From Nitrospinota bacterium (GTDB taxonomy: Bacteria; Nitrospinota; Nitrospinia; Nitrospinales; JACRGP01): DNA of 64,000 bases. Below are positions 34,581 to 43,704 of this stretch, piece after piece (the first letter of the stretch is position 1; the number at the start of each line of letters is the position of its first letter). The notes under the pieces are model-generated. The model worked only from the letters and a program-made list of their open reading frames with translations. It had not been told where the DNA came from and did no database searches. The position numbers were made by a program, and so were the translations under genes. The stretch covers positions 5,740 to 69,739 of the forward strand of contig JACQQK010000178.1 of the NCBI GenBank assembly GCA_016207065.1, given 5' to 3'.

Positions 34581-35924
34581 CTACTTGCCCGGCGCGTCGC
34601 CCTTTTCCGGGTTCGCCGCCGCTTCTTGCCGGGCCCGCATCAATTCCGAGACCGCAAGCTGATTCATCGCTTTATGGAAATTGTGGCACCGGGGGCATTC
34701 GGCCTTCACGGCGGTATTATTATGGCAACTAAAACAGAATTTCCGGTCTATGTTAATGTTGATGTCGGAAAGAGCCTCGCTCGTCGAAATCTTTTTATGG
34801 CAATCGGCGCAATCCCTGGCATGCGCCTTGTGGGAGAATTTTGTAATCACGGTTTCCACTGCCGCAAGGGACAGAACGGGAGAAAAAGAGACGTTTTGGC
34901 CTAGCTTGAGCGTTTCCAACCGCGCCTTTTCCGCCGATTCGGTCAAGTGGCATTTCAAACAGTTGAGGGTCGTCCCCTTTTTCCCCTGGGAAAGCGCATT
35001 CAGGGCCTCCTCGTCGGGAACATTCTTGTTACGAAACAAGCTCGCCAGATAAGGGTCCTTGTGAGACGGCTTGTAAGTGAAACCCTCCGGGCGGCGGCGC
35101 CTTTCATTGCCCGGGACATATGCAAACCGCGAAAGAAAATTACCGTCGGACTCCAACCCGAACTTGCCCATGATCGCGCCGATCGATCCCGCAAACTTCT
35201 CGATGTCCTCGCCATCGAACATCTTTTTTATCGACAACTCTTGAAGCGGGTGGCAGTCCTTGCAGTCGGTTTCAAAACTTGTTTTCTTAAACTTATAGTA
35301 ATTGCCGGAGGGGTCCAATTTATGGCACAGCAAACAGCCTCTTTCGAATTTCTTGTTGATTTCCTCGCTGTTTTTTTCATTCTTTCGATGGCTCAGGTGG
35401 CTGAACCTCAGGCCGATATCCTCTAATTTTTGCGTTTCCAGTTTTACTGGCTTGAATTCCGGGTGATCGTCTTCAATATTAAAAATGTCATGACAGTTGC
35501 GGCAAATATTATCGTCGACCCGCGAGGGCTTGCTTTCCCTCCCCCTATGCTCCTTGTGACAGTCGGTACAATATTTTTCGATAATTTCCCTTTTGCGGCT
35601 GTCTTTGATGCGTTGATGGGTTGACACATGGAACTTCATCATCTTCACGTCGGCATGACATTTAACGCAACGCTCTTGAATGGCAAGGCCGGATTTCGTC
35701 CATTTGGAGGTATGACAGGAGTTGCACTTGTTCGTCATTATGGCATGAGACGAGGAAAGCGGTCCCTCGGTGGCAAAAAATCTTGTCCCCGTAAGCAGGT
35801 CCAGACCCAGTAAAAGGGAGGTGACCAAGAAAATGCCGATCAAAATCTTGAAAAGCGAGGTGGAACGGCGGGCAGGATTGAATTCATTGGAAAAATAAGA
35901 ACGTTCTTTTTTATCTTTACCCAT
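34581..35924 (-). CDS. Membrane-anchored decahaem c-type cytochrome
   Basis: N-terminal TM 'LFKILIGIFLVTSLLLGL', then 10 CxxCH: CNSCH, CVKCH, CTDCH, CRNCH, CLLCH, CKDCH, CLKCH, CADCH, CFSCH, CPRCH. Confidence 0.85.
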   Translation of the reverse strand: MGKDKKERSYFSNEFNPARRSTSLFKILIGIFLVTSLLLGLDLLTGTRFFATEGPLSSSHAIMTNKCNSCHTSKWTKSGLAIQERCVKCHADVKMMKFHVSTHQRIKDSRKREIIEKYCTDCHKEHRGRESKPSRVDDNICRNCHDIFNIEDDHPEFKPVKLETQKLEDIGLRFSHLSHRKNEKNSEEINKKFERGCLLCHKLDPSGNYYKFKKTSFETDCKDCHPLQELSIKKMFDGEDIEKFAGSIGAIMGKFGLESDGNFLSRFAYVPGNERRRRPEGFTYKPSHKDPYLASLFRNKNVPDEEALNALSQGKKGTTLNCLKCHLTESAEKARLETLKLGQNVSFSPVLSLAAVETVITKFSHKAHARDCADCHKKISTSEALSDININIDRKFCFSCHNNTAVKAECPRCHNFHKAMNQLAVSELMRARQEAAANPEKGDAPGK

Positions 35925-36046
35925 TCGCCGAACCTCATTACCGGAAAAAACAAGCGCAGACGGCTTTGCGCCCGAGTCAAGACCTTAAAGAAACATATGG
36001 GTTTCAAAGCGTTTTTGCGCGCGGGGAAAAACGATCGACAACAGGG

Positions 36047-37051
36047 TCACTTCTTTTTCCGTATATATTCGTTTTCGCCGGGTATCGGAAAAGCCGATAT
36101 CTTACCGGCTCCGATCGGGGATTTATCGAGATCGCCGACATAAGAATTGGCGAGCTTCTTTATTTCCTCGACAACAGCTTTGGCCGTAGCCGGATCCGGC
36201 GTTACTTTCTTGCCGGCATCGATGATTTTTCTAAGATTGTCCGATGGAATGCTTTTTTCGACTACCTCCAGATTTTTCAATGCGGCAACAAGCATCGCAT
36301 GATTTTTGGAGGTAAATTCTCCGCTACCGGAAGCCTCGGATATGCGCATGGCGGACGTTTGCGCTTGGAATACCTCTCCGGTAATCCAGATTTTTCCCAG
36401 TTTTTCCATCAGCTTCGCGTCCAGATTGCCTTCCTCTTTCTCCTTTTTGCTCCAAACCCAGTGCTTGAAATCGCCCTGGCTGTACTTTATCAGGTCAAAC
36501 TTGTCGCCGGGCCGATGACCCGCCTTGAAATATTCCTCCTTGGCTCCGCGGTGACAGGCAAAACAATCCTTTGCCCAGGCATACAGGTTCCTGGTGTTCC
36601 GCATGCCATTTTTCACCGCCTCCTCGACTTTACCCTTTTTGTCATGCAGTTCCACCCAGTCCTCGGCGGGGTTGTGACACGTCTCGCAAATAATCCCGAA
36701 AAGCCCCTTTTCCTCGTCGGGCACTTTCGGGTATTTGGAGTCGACAAGCGTCGTGTGGCATTGAGCGCATTTTTTATCGTCAAAATGATCCTTGACGTTC
36801 ATTTTTTGGGCAATCTTCTTGCCCTTTTCCTCAAAATCCTTGTTAAAAAAAGACTCGTGAGGATGAAACAGCATTTGATCGAAAATACTTTTGTGGCAGT
36901 TGGAATCGGAGCACTGTTTGGATCCAATCACCTTGTTTACCGCAAAAGCGGATCGCGCAATCGACATCGAGGAAACAAGGAGGGCAAATAGCGTCAGGGC
37001 AATTAAGGTTTTTTGTCTCATTAGAATTTTCACGATAAATGTTGAGGGCAT
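36047..37051 (-). CDS. Secreted multihaem c-type cytochrome (3 CxxCH + 1 CX4CH)
   Basis: Signal peptide 'MRQKTLIALTLFALLVSSMSIARSAFA', so the true start may be ATG 37021. Motifs CAQCH, CETCH and CFACH, plus 'CSDSNCH'. Confidence 0.8.
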   Translation of the reverse strand: MPSTFIVKILMRQKTLIALTLFALLVSSMSIARSAFAVNKVIGSKQCSDSNCHKSIFDQMLFHPHESFFNKDFEEKGKKIAQKMNVKDHFDDKKCAQCHTTLVDSKYPKVPDEEKGLFGIICETCHNPAEDWVELHDKKGKVEEAVKNGMRNTRNLYAWAKDCFACHRGAKEEYFKAGHRPGDKFDLIKYSQGDFKHWVWSKKEKEEGNLDAKLMEKLGKIWITGEVFQAQTSAMRISEASGSGEFTSKNHAMLVAALKNLEVVEKSIPSDNLRKIIDAGKKVTPDPATAKAVVEEIKKLANSYVGDLDKSPIGAGKISAFPIPGENEYIRKKK

Positions 37052-37166
37052 CTCTAAAAACTGTAGTTGCCTGATTCATCAGGCGCTCCAAAAGCCCAAT
37101 AAATTGGGCAACTACAACTTTTTATAAACGATTGGGCTTATGAAAAAGCAATTTTTAGAGATGCCC
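37046..37166. repeat. Nested inverted repeat in the porin-cytochrome intercistronic gap
   Basis: A perfect 15-bp pair, gggcatctctaaaaa (37046-37060) and tttttagagatgccc (37152-37166). Inner arms are ctgtagttgcc/ggcaactaca, with a central gcccaat-aa-attgggc. Confidence 0.85.
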
Positions 37167-37190
37167 TTGAGTTAAAAAGTTCGAGATGTC

Positions 37191-38771
37191 CTAAAATTTA
37201 TAGCGCAACTCCGCGGAACTACCCCAATCCTCATTTCTGATATCGTTATGTATGCCAATCATCTTGACCACGCTGGCAATGTTTTTGGTAAGGATGTATT
37301 GAATCTCCACGCCCAAGGCGTACTGGTCATTGGCCGTCGCCGAATTATCCACTAAATAGCTGAACTCCGGATTGATGGCCAGGGATTCTCTCAGGAAAAA
37401 CGTTTTCAAGCCATAAGCCATGCCAATGGAGTCGGTTCCGGTATTTCTCAAACCGGGGAAACTGGTCAACCCGTTGCCTTGATATAGAATTCCGGCTCGA
37501 CCCGTCCGGCCCTTGGCCATATCGTTCCACCCCTCGGTTCCGTAAAACAAAGTGGCATAAACGTAATTTTTGTCGAAGTACTCGCTGTTAAAAACAGGAT
37601 AGTTGATGTCGAAGGCATAAAGCTGTCCGTCCCCGCGGCCGGTCCCGCTGGCGCGTTTGTCCCCAACGTTAAAGAGCATACGTACGGCGTAGTGGGCCAG
37701 TTCATAGTTGGAAGCCATGGAACCCGCGACAAAGTCTTGCGAAAGCCTGGGGTTAACCGTGTTTTCCAAATGGAAATAATTCAGCTCAAAAAACCTGTGA
37801 AAGGAATCGATCTGAACGGTTGCGCCGTACAACTGAGCGTCATTGTCATCCCTCGCCCCGGTTGTTGCCGCGTTGATCTCATCAAAAGCCGCCATGATCT
37901 GCGCATGAACGTTCGTCGTGCCCGGCAGTATGATATTCGGCTTGGAGAGGAGCACGCCCCACACGTTATCGTTCATTAGAAAACCGTTCTGGTAAGCCAA
38001 GGGCAACAATCCACCCGCGACATGATAATCTGTCGGCGCGCGGTCCCGCGGGGAGAAGAAGTTGAACATTTCCCCGATTTCGCCCTCGAACCAGGCGCCC
38101 AGCGTATCCTCCGTGAACTTCAGGTTGTGGTCGTCGGTTTTACTTTCATTATGGAATTTCCAGAGACCGGAGGCTTGCGGTTCATTAACGTCGACAAAAG
38201 GGGTGTAGGTCACATGGAACCGCTCGGTATTGGTCAGTTCAAAGTTGAACTCCGCGTCGAGCGTGTAGCCGATCTGCCCCTGATTTTCCCGGTTGATGCG
38301 ACCGCCATAGGTAACCTCGCGCAACATGCCATAAAATTGCGCGCGCGGACGGACCGCGTTTGCGTCCTCCCCAAACCAGGTCAAGCCATAGTCTCTAAAA
38401 GGCCCAAGCCCCAAAAACGGCTCTCCCAGCGTAAGGGCGTTGTTGCTGAAATCCAAGGGGCTCCTCTTTGTGGCAAGCACGCTTTTATCGTTTATTATGG
38501 CCTCCTGAATCCGTTTTTTTCTCTCCTCGCGGGCTTTTTCCAGTTGTTGCTGGATCGCATATGGGTCCCGTATAGGCTCGGAGGCGGTTATCGACTCGCC
38601 TACTTTCTCGGCGGCTGGATTGGGCAAGGATTGCGGAGAGTTCGCATCCGCCGGTTTTTGCTTCGTCGCTGTCGCCTGGTCGTACGCATTTGCTTCGGCA
38701 AAACCCCTGGCAAAGGAACCCAAAAATAAAAATACCAGCACCCCTAAACCAAGACTCAGATGTTTTTTCAT
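37191..38771 (-). CDS. Outer-membrane beta-barrel (porin-like) protein
   Basis: Signal peptide 'MKKHLSLGLGVLVFLFLGSFARGFAEA', alternating amphipathic segments, and the C-terminal OMP signature '...SSAELRYKF'. Confidence 0.7.
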   Translation of the reverse strand: MKKHLSLGLGVLVFLFLGSFARGFAEANAYDQATATKQKPADANSPQSLPNPAAEKVGESITASEPIRDPYAIQQQLEKAREERKKRIQEAIINDKSVLATKRSPLDFSNNALTLGEPFLGLGPFRDYGLTWFGEDANAVRPRAQFYGMLREVTYGGRINRENQGQIGYTLDAEFNFELTNTERFHVTYTPFVDVNEPQASGLWKFHNESKTDDHNLKFTEDTLGAWFEGEIGEMFNFFSPRDRAPTDYHVAGGLLPLAYQNGFLMNDNVWGVLLSKPNIILPGTTNVHAQIMAAFDEINAATTGARDDNDAQLYGATVQIDSFHRFFELNYFHLENTVNPRLSQDFVAGSMASNYELAHYAVRMLFNVGDKRASGTGRGDGQLYAFDINYPVFNSEYFDKNYVYATLFYGTEGWNDMAKGRTGRAGILYQGNGLTSFPGLRNTGTDSIGMAYGLKTFFLRESLAINPEFSYLVDNSATANDQYALGVEIQYILTKNIASVVKMIGIHNDIRNEDWGSSAELRYKF

Positions 38772-38798
38772 TTTGACCTTGCCCTATCGCTGAAAGGG

Positions 38799-40460
38799 TT
38801 AATCGACGACCTTCACTCTGACGTCCTTGGAGTCCAGCTCCACTATCTGCAACCTCGGGACCAAAGCGTCCGCATCCAGTTGGACCAATACGGCTGGGGC
38901 GAAATTTCTGAAGTTAAATTTGACCGACACGTCATAATATTGAGAGTCGCCCGCCTTCACCTTGTAGTCGGCGGTCCGCGACTCCAGGGGAGGGATGCCG
39001 TTCTTCTGGATGCGGACCGGAGGGGGCCCGTTGAAAGATGCGGACGGGAAAGGCATGGGCCGGACAATCATAAAGTTGTCAATGTCGCGGGGAAAGAAAA
39101 AGTGGTCCGATCGTTCCGTGCCCGCTACGGTCTTCAACTTGAATTTCGACTGCAAATTGAACAGGTCGAAGTCGAAGGGAGCTTTTCCTCTCATAACGTC
39201 CAGGCTTTTTTCATCGCGCAAATCGCCGCCGGAATCCAAGTCGCCGCTTTTATAAACCGTCTCGCCTTTGTCGTTTCTAACCGTCACGGCCAGCCAAATT
39301 TGCCGCTCGGTGTTAAACCCGGCCGGAAAAGAGTGGCCGTTGATCTTGTTTTCGATCGTCACGGAGATGGGCAGTTTATCGCCGCGTTTGACCGTATCGG
39401 GAACGTTGACGGTCATTACCGACGCGTTTTTCAGCAACTCATGGCGTTTACGCTTCGCCGCGGCCAGCAACTCCTCGCTCTTATCGACCAGCGTCTGGTA
39501 CTTCTTGTATTTTCTCTCGTCCAGCGGGGTCAGCTTCGCGCCTTCGCTCTGCTTTTTTCTGACCCCGGCGATCCAGTTGTCGAAATTCGGGTCATCCATC
39601 AACACCGGCCACTCAAAACGGCGAAGCGGAAATTCGTCTACATCAAGGACCGAGTAGTCGGGTCCCGCGAAAAAGTGATCGGAAAGCGTGCGCTCGGGAA
39701 AGGTCTTTCCTTGAATAACGGCAATCTGGCCGGTCGCGCGCGGGCTTTTCACGCCTTGTATGACGCCCATGTGACAATCCTGGCAGGTGGTCCCTTCCCT
39801 GGCCGCGGGGCTGTTTCGCCATTCGCCAAACAAGTCCTCCAATCTGAACCCGTTGGGCACCGGCACGTCATGACATTGGCCGCAAAACTGCGCCTCGCGA
39901 ATATTTTGGAAACCGACGGCCTTGTGCGTCAACTGGCCTTCTCGACCGATCTGAACCTGCTTGATCCCCTTTTCCGGATCCTGATCGACGCCCGGAAACG
40001 GACCAAACAGGGGTTTTTCATCAATCGACCCCGGTAGGACGACAACCTCGCCTCGGGTTTTTCCGTGATTTTTCATTTGCCGGTGACACGCAATGCAGGT
40101 GATACCTTCAATGGATACGGTGTTTCGAAGACTTACGGGAGTATTCGGATCTTCTCCCAAAATCACGCTCATCGGCGAATGACAGCGGACGCAAAAAGTC
40201 CCGGCGGAACCATAGGTTTTCTGATGCGTCAGCTTGTTTAAATTGTTCATGAACGGACTGAGTTGCCCATAAGCGTGGTTCGAGACGCGCCACTCGTCAA
40301 AATGCCGGGGATGGCAGGTCTTACAAACATGCGCGGACGGATACCCCTCGACCTCCTCTATCTCCAGCTTCTGAGCCAGGGCTGGGGAGACCTGTTGTAA
40401 AGTTACAAGCGCAAGGACTCCCGCCAGCAAAAACAATTTCGCGCTATAAATCGATTTCAT
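38799..40460 (-). CDS. Secreted pentahaem c-type cytochrome with large C-terminal non-haem domain
   Basis: Signal peptide '...LQQVSPALA'. Motifs CKTCH, CVRCH, CIACH, CGQCH and CQDCH. About 270 aa of C-terminal sequence carry no haem motif. Confidence 0.8.
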   Translation of the reverse strand: MKSIYSAKLFLLAGVLALVTLQQVSPALAQKLEIEEVEGYPSAHVCKTCHPRHFDEWRVSNHAYGQLSPFMNNLNKLTHQKTYGSAGTFCVRCHSPMSVILGEDPNTPVSLRNTVSIEGITCIACHRQMKNHGKTRGEVVVLPGSIDEKPLFGPFPGVDQDPEKGIKQVQIGREGQLTHKAVGFQNIREAQFCGQCHDVPVPNGFRLEDLFGEWRNSPAAREGTTCQDCHMGVIQGVKSPRATGQIAVIQGKTFPERTLSDHFFAGPDYSVLDVDEFPLRRFEWPVLMDDPNFDNWIAGVRKKQSEGAKLTPLDERKYKKYQTLVDKSEELLAAAKRKRHELLKNASVMTVNVPDTVKRGDKLPISVTIENKINGHSFPAGFNTERQIWLAVTVRNDKGETVYKSGDLDSGGDLRDEKSLDVMRGKAPFDFDLFNLQSKFKLKTVAGTERSDHFFFPRDIDNFMIVRPMPFPSASFNGPPPVRIQKNGIPPLESRTADYKVKAGDSQYYDVSVKFNFRNFAPAVLVQLDADALVPRLQIVELDSKDVRVKVVD

Positions 40461-40894
40461 AATCCGAATCCTCCAGGATTTTGGTGGGCTTTTTTTCTTG
40501 GCTTGAACCGGACACAGGATGTGTTATTCTGAAACAAAAGAATATCCTGACACGCGCAACTCATCGTTCGGGAAAACTCCAAACAGGATCCTGGCGCAAG
40601 ACGGCTGGGCGGTTGGCGGTCAAAAGCGCCCAATTTGGGCGTCAGTTTAATCATCGCCCGGAAGGTTGTCAATCATCTTTTCATTGCGGGCTGACGCGGA
40701 AAAAGCTGGTGCGTTGGCGGGGGAAGCTGGCCCCTAAAGCCAAAGCCGGATTTGCCAACGGCGATATGATTATGCGCGCCATCTCGTAGCGCACAAGAAC
40801 GATCCCCTTGACCGAAAAGATCGCGGGAGAGGTCAGGGCGAAGGGGCTCGAAAGGAGCGGGGAATCCTTCAGGCGCGCCGCCAAAGAAGTTTCA

Positions 40895-40934
40895 GGAAAA
40901 AAACAGGCGGGGGGGCGCGCCCCCGCCCGTTTAT
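40895..40934 (-). terminator. Rho-independent terminator after the Cys-rich gene
   Basis: On the minus strand: aaacgggcggggg-cgcg-cccccccgcctgttt followed by tttttt. Confidence 0.7.
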
Positions 40935-40944
40935 CCCCGACGCT

Positions 40945-41265
40945 CTACTTTCTCGTGGAGCCGATGATCTTCGTGAAGTTGTCCCTGAGCTCCTGCTGGG
41001 CGAAAGCCTGGGCAACCATCGACTGCCAGCAAGTTCCCTTGGCCGCGACGACCGCGTCGCCCATCTTGTCCAGCACGGGCCCCCAGTTCTTCCGGATCTT
41101 CTCCTTGAGAATGTCCACCTGGACCTCCCGCATCGCCCGGCAGAAGGAATCGGACCACATCTCGATGTTCCCCTCCACGATGCAACCCGCTTGCTCCGTC
41201 TGGGAGCAGGGACTCTTCGCGCTCGAAACCTGGCAGGCGCCTTCTTTGTTTTCGCATTCCGACAT
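40945..41265 (-). CDS. Small Cys-rich hypothetical protein
   Basis: 106 aa with six Cys ('ECENKEGACQV...SPCSQTEQAGCIV...FCRAM...GTCWQ'). No family recognised. Downstream of the TetR gene on the same strand. Confidence 0.45.
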   Translation of the reverse strand: MSECENKEGACQVSSAKSPCSQTEQAGCIVEGNIEMWSDSFCRAMREVQVDILKEKIRKNWGPVLDKMGDAVVAAKGTCWQSMVAQAFAQQELRDNFTKIIGSTRK

Positions 41266-41365
41266 GACGCTCTCTCCTTGTTGAAAGTTTCCGAATAGAT
41301 TCGTTCAACCCAAATACTCGCATTACAAAATGTTTCCCGCGCAATCACCTCCCCCATAAAAACAA

Positions 41366-41379
41366 ACCAACTGGTTGGT
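41366..41379. promoter_or_regulatory. Palindromic operator candidate (ACCA-N2-TGGT)
   Basis: accaac-tg-gttggt lies between the TetR stop and the Cys-rich gene. The same core occurs at 42015-42026. Confidence 0.45.
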
Positions 41380-41400
41380 ATATATCCGGGCCAAAAAAAA

Positions 41401-42006
41401 TCAGCGCCCGAAAATGGATTTCAAATAGCGTTTGTAGTGCGTGAGCGTCCTCTTCATGATCGACCGGTCCCCCTTGGCCTTCATCAAAATCATCGACCCC
41501 TGGGTGATGGCGACGAAGTGTTCCGCCAATCCCTCGACATCGATGTCCGCCTTGGGCGCGTATTTTTTCCTTGCCTCCGCCAGGTCGGCCTTGCACGCGC
41601 GCAGGACCGAATTGAATCCCTTGTCGCAGAGCTTGCGGATTTGCGGGTGCGACTGGTGCATCTCCTGAACGAACGTCCCGAGCAAACAACCCTTCTCGTC
41701 CTGACAATCCGCCATTTTGATGGACAAATCGACGCACCCGTAAAAACGGTCCAGCGGGTCGTCGCCGGCGCAACAGGCCGCCTCCCGCATTTGTTCGGCG
41801 AAATGGGCGGCGAAGCGTTCAACCAGTTCCTCCCCGAGCTCCTCCTTGCTCTTGAAGTAGTGAAAAAAAGTCCCCTTCGTCACCCCCGCCGCCTCGCAGA
41901 TTTCGTCCACCGACGTGGCGACAAAACCCTTGTCCAGCATGAGGCCCTTCGCCGCATACAGGAGGCGCTCTTTGCGCTCCGGATGTTCCGCCTTGGTTCT
42001 AGTCAT
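41401..42006 (-). CDS. TetR/AcrR-family transcriptional regulator
   Basis: 'LLYAAKGLMLDKGFVATSVDEICEAAGVTKGTFFHYFKSKEEL' (TetR HTH). Confidence 0.85.
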   Translation of the reverse strand: MTRTKAEHPERKERLLYAAKGLMLDKGFVATSVDEICEAAGVTKGTFFHYFKSKEELGEELVERFAAHFAEQMREAACCAGDDPLDRFYGCVDLSIKMADCQDEKGCLLGTFVQEMHQSHPQIRKLCDKGFNSVLRACKADLAEARKKYAPKADIDVEGLAEHFVAITQGSMILMKAKGDRSIMKRTLTHYKRYLKSIFGR

Positions 42007-42014
42007 GACATACG

Positions 42015-42026
42015 TACCAGTTGGTA
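42015..42026. promoter_or_regulatory. Palindromic operator candidate upstream of the TetR gene
   Basis: tacca-gt-tggta, 9 nt upstream of the TetR start codon. Confidence 0.45.
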
Positions 42027-42176
42027 TGATAATAACGCCGCCCGTTTATTTTGTCAAGCCCCCATGAACTTTCGGATTTACAGGCAAGCAAACGAGAATA
42101 ATTTCCTCAACGCAAATGCGCGAAGGGACGCGAAATCCCTTCGCATTCAAGGCAGGGTATTTCGGACGAACAAACG

Positions 42177-42578
42177 TTAAAAAATATCGCGGGAGACGCC
42201 GCGGTCGGAGGATTTCATTCCAAACGGGACCCTTTTCACCGATTCCGTGAAAACGTCCCGGTCCTGGACCAGGCCGTCGTGGCGGGTCTTGATGGTGTCG
42301 ATCCGGTTTTTGTCCAGCTCGCGGGCCAGTTCGTCGATGATGTCCTCTTCCTTCTTGTCGGCGGCCTTGGCCGTCGCCGTCTGGGCTCCCTCCGGAGTCT
42401 TGGCGCCCTCGGCGGCGGGTTGCTCCGCGTCCACAGCTTCCGCTTCCTTCATCGACTGTTTGAAGTTCCGGATGCTTTTCCCAAAAGCGCTACCGATTTC
42501 CGGCAGTTTTCCAGCGCCGAATATAATCATGATAATGACCAATATGACCGCCAACTCGGAAAAACCGATCCCCATCAT
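42177..42578 (-). CDS. tatA: Twin-arginine translocase TatA/E family protein with long acidic C-terminal tail
   Basis: '[41 protein letters not shown]'. Confidence 0.85.
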   Translation of the reverse strand: MMGIGFSELAVILVIIMIIFGAGKLPEIGSAFGKSIRNFKQSMKEAEAVDAEQPAAEGAKTPEGAQTATAKAADKKEEDIIDELARELDKNRIDTIKTRHDGLVQDRDVFTESVKRVPFGMKSSDRGVSRDIF

Positions 42579-42694
42579 AAAAAAGTCTCCCCATCAAACA
42601 GTAAGTAAGGCTTTATTCAGCCTGTTAGTATGAAACGATTGTACCACGAACAGGCCGGAAATCGTCAAATTTATAATCGCTTCGCCGCGGACCG

Positions 42695-43165
42695 TTAGAA
42701 CTTGGCGATATTGGACGTAAACATCCCGGACGGGCTTTCATAGAACATCTCGTTGCCGTTCGTGCCGTCCGCGGAGGCGTCTTTGTACATCAAGTCCCAA
42801 ATGCCGTCCTCGTTCACGTCGATGGCGTAGAACAACGCATACACGCCCGCCACGTAGTAGAAATTGACGTCGCCGTAATTGACGAAGAACACGGGATGAT
42901 TAGGATAACTCCGCGCCACGAACACAAGGCTATGCTCGGAATAGAAGGATGCAATCACTACCCGGAGAGCGTAAAAATCCGCCTTGCCGTTATGGTCCAA
43001 ATCATAAACGCTCACCAGCATTCCAGCGGGGTTTACATCCCAAGCCACCCTTTCCTGAAAAGCGGGCTCCACGACGAGATACGGAAGACCCCATACCGCG
43101 GGCGCATAAAGAATCAGATATGCCGTGCATACCAAGAGGGTAATGATGCGTTTCATGATCGACAC
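42695..43165 (-). CDS. Secreted hypothetical protein with DxDxDG-like Ca-binding motifs
   Basis: Signal-like N-terminus, plus 'DLDHNGKADF' and 'DVNEDGIWDL'. Confidence 0.4.
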   Translation of the reverse strand: MSIMKRIITLLVCTAYLILYAPAVWGLPYLVVEPAFQERVAWDVNPAGMLVSVYDLDHNGKADFYALRVVIASFYSEHSLVFVARSYPNHPVFFVNYGDVNFYYVAGVYALFYAIDVNEDGIWDLMYKDASADGTNGNEMFYESPSGMFTSNIAKF

Positions 43166-43618
43166 CTCCTTCCGGAATTACGGCGGCCAAAGACGCTCTT
43201 GAACCTGGCCGGCCGGATCAAAATTAGAAACATTGAAACTCCCAAACACCGGTAATTTTCTCAGCCAAGTCATACCCCGTCCCCCCTTTCAATCGATTCG
43301 AAGAGCCGCGCCCGACTTTCACAGGGCGGCTTGCGTCCAATAAAAAAGCCCATCTCCATCACTTGCCAGCGCGAAGATAGGCTCCGATTTCTCGACCCAA
43401 ACCCCATGCTTCAGGGCGGTCCTTTATTTGGCCCATATTCGCAACAGGCCAAAACCCTAAATATTCCGTATTTGCTTGCCGCTTTCATGGTCTTACCTCG
43501 TCCCATATATAAGATGTCCGGCGCGGAAAAAACGGTTTACACAAAACAATAATAAATTCAACAAGTTATAAAAATCGGACATGATCAGGTTTTTTTAGGG
43601 TTCCTCTTGCAAAATCGC

Positions 43619-43650
43619 AAAAAAAAAAGCCGGACGGCTTGCGTCCGGCT
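43619..43650 (-). terminator. Rho-independent terminator after the TPR gene
   Basis: agccggacg-caagc-cgtccggct on the minus strand, followed by a T9 run. Confidence 0.75.
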
Positions 43651-43704
43651 TAAAAAACACCCTATAAAACCATCAAACCGACAGCGAATGAATCGCGATC
43701 CGGC

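Noticed and set aside
35954-35971. Terminator or attenuator between the 3+1-haem and 10-haem cytochrome genes
   Set aside because: The stem is only 5 bp (gcgca/tgcgc), with an interrupted U-tract on the minus strand. That is too weak to call.
40461-40900. CRP/FNR-type or sigma54 sites in the cytochrome operon leader, expected because the operon encodes cNMP-binding domains
   Set aside because: I found only short imperfect palindromes (for example acaca-gga-tgtgt). Nothing matches TGTGA-N6-TCACA, TTGAT-N4-ATCAA or TGGCAC-N5-TTGC.
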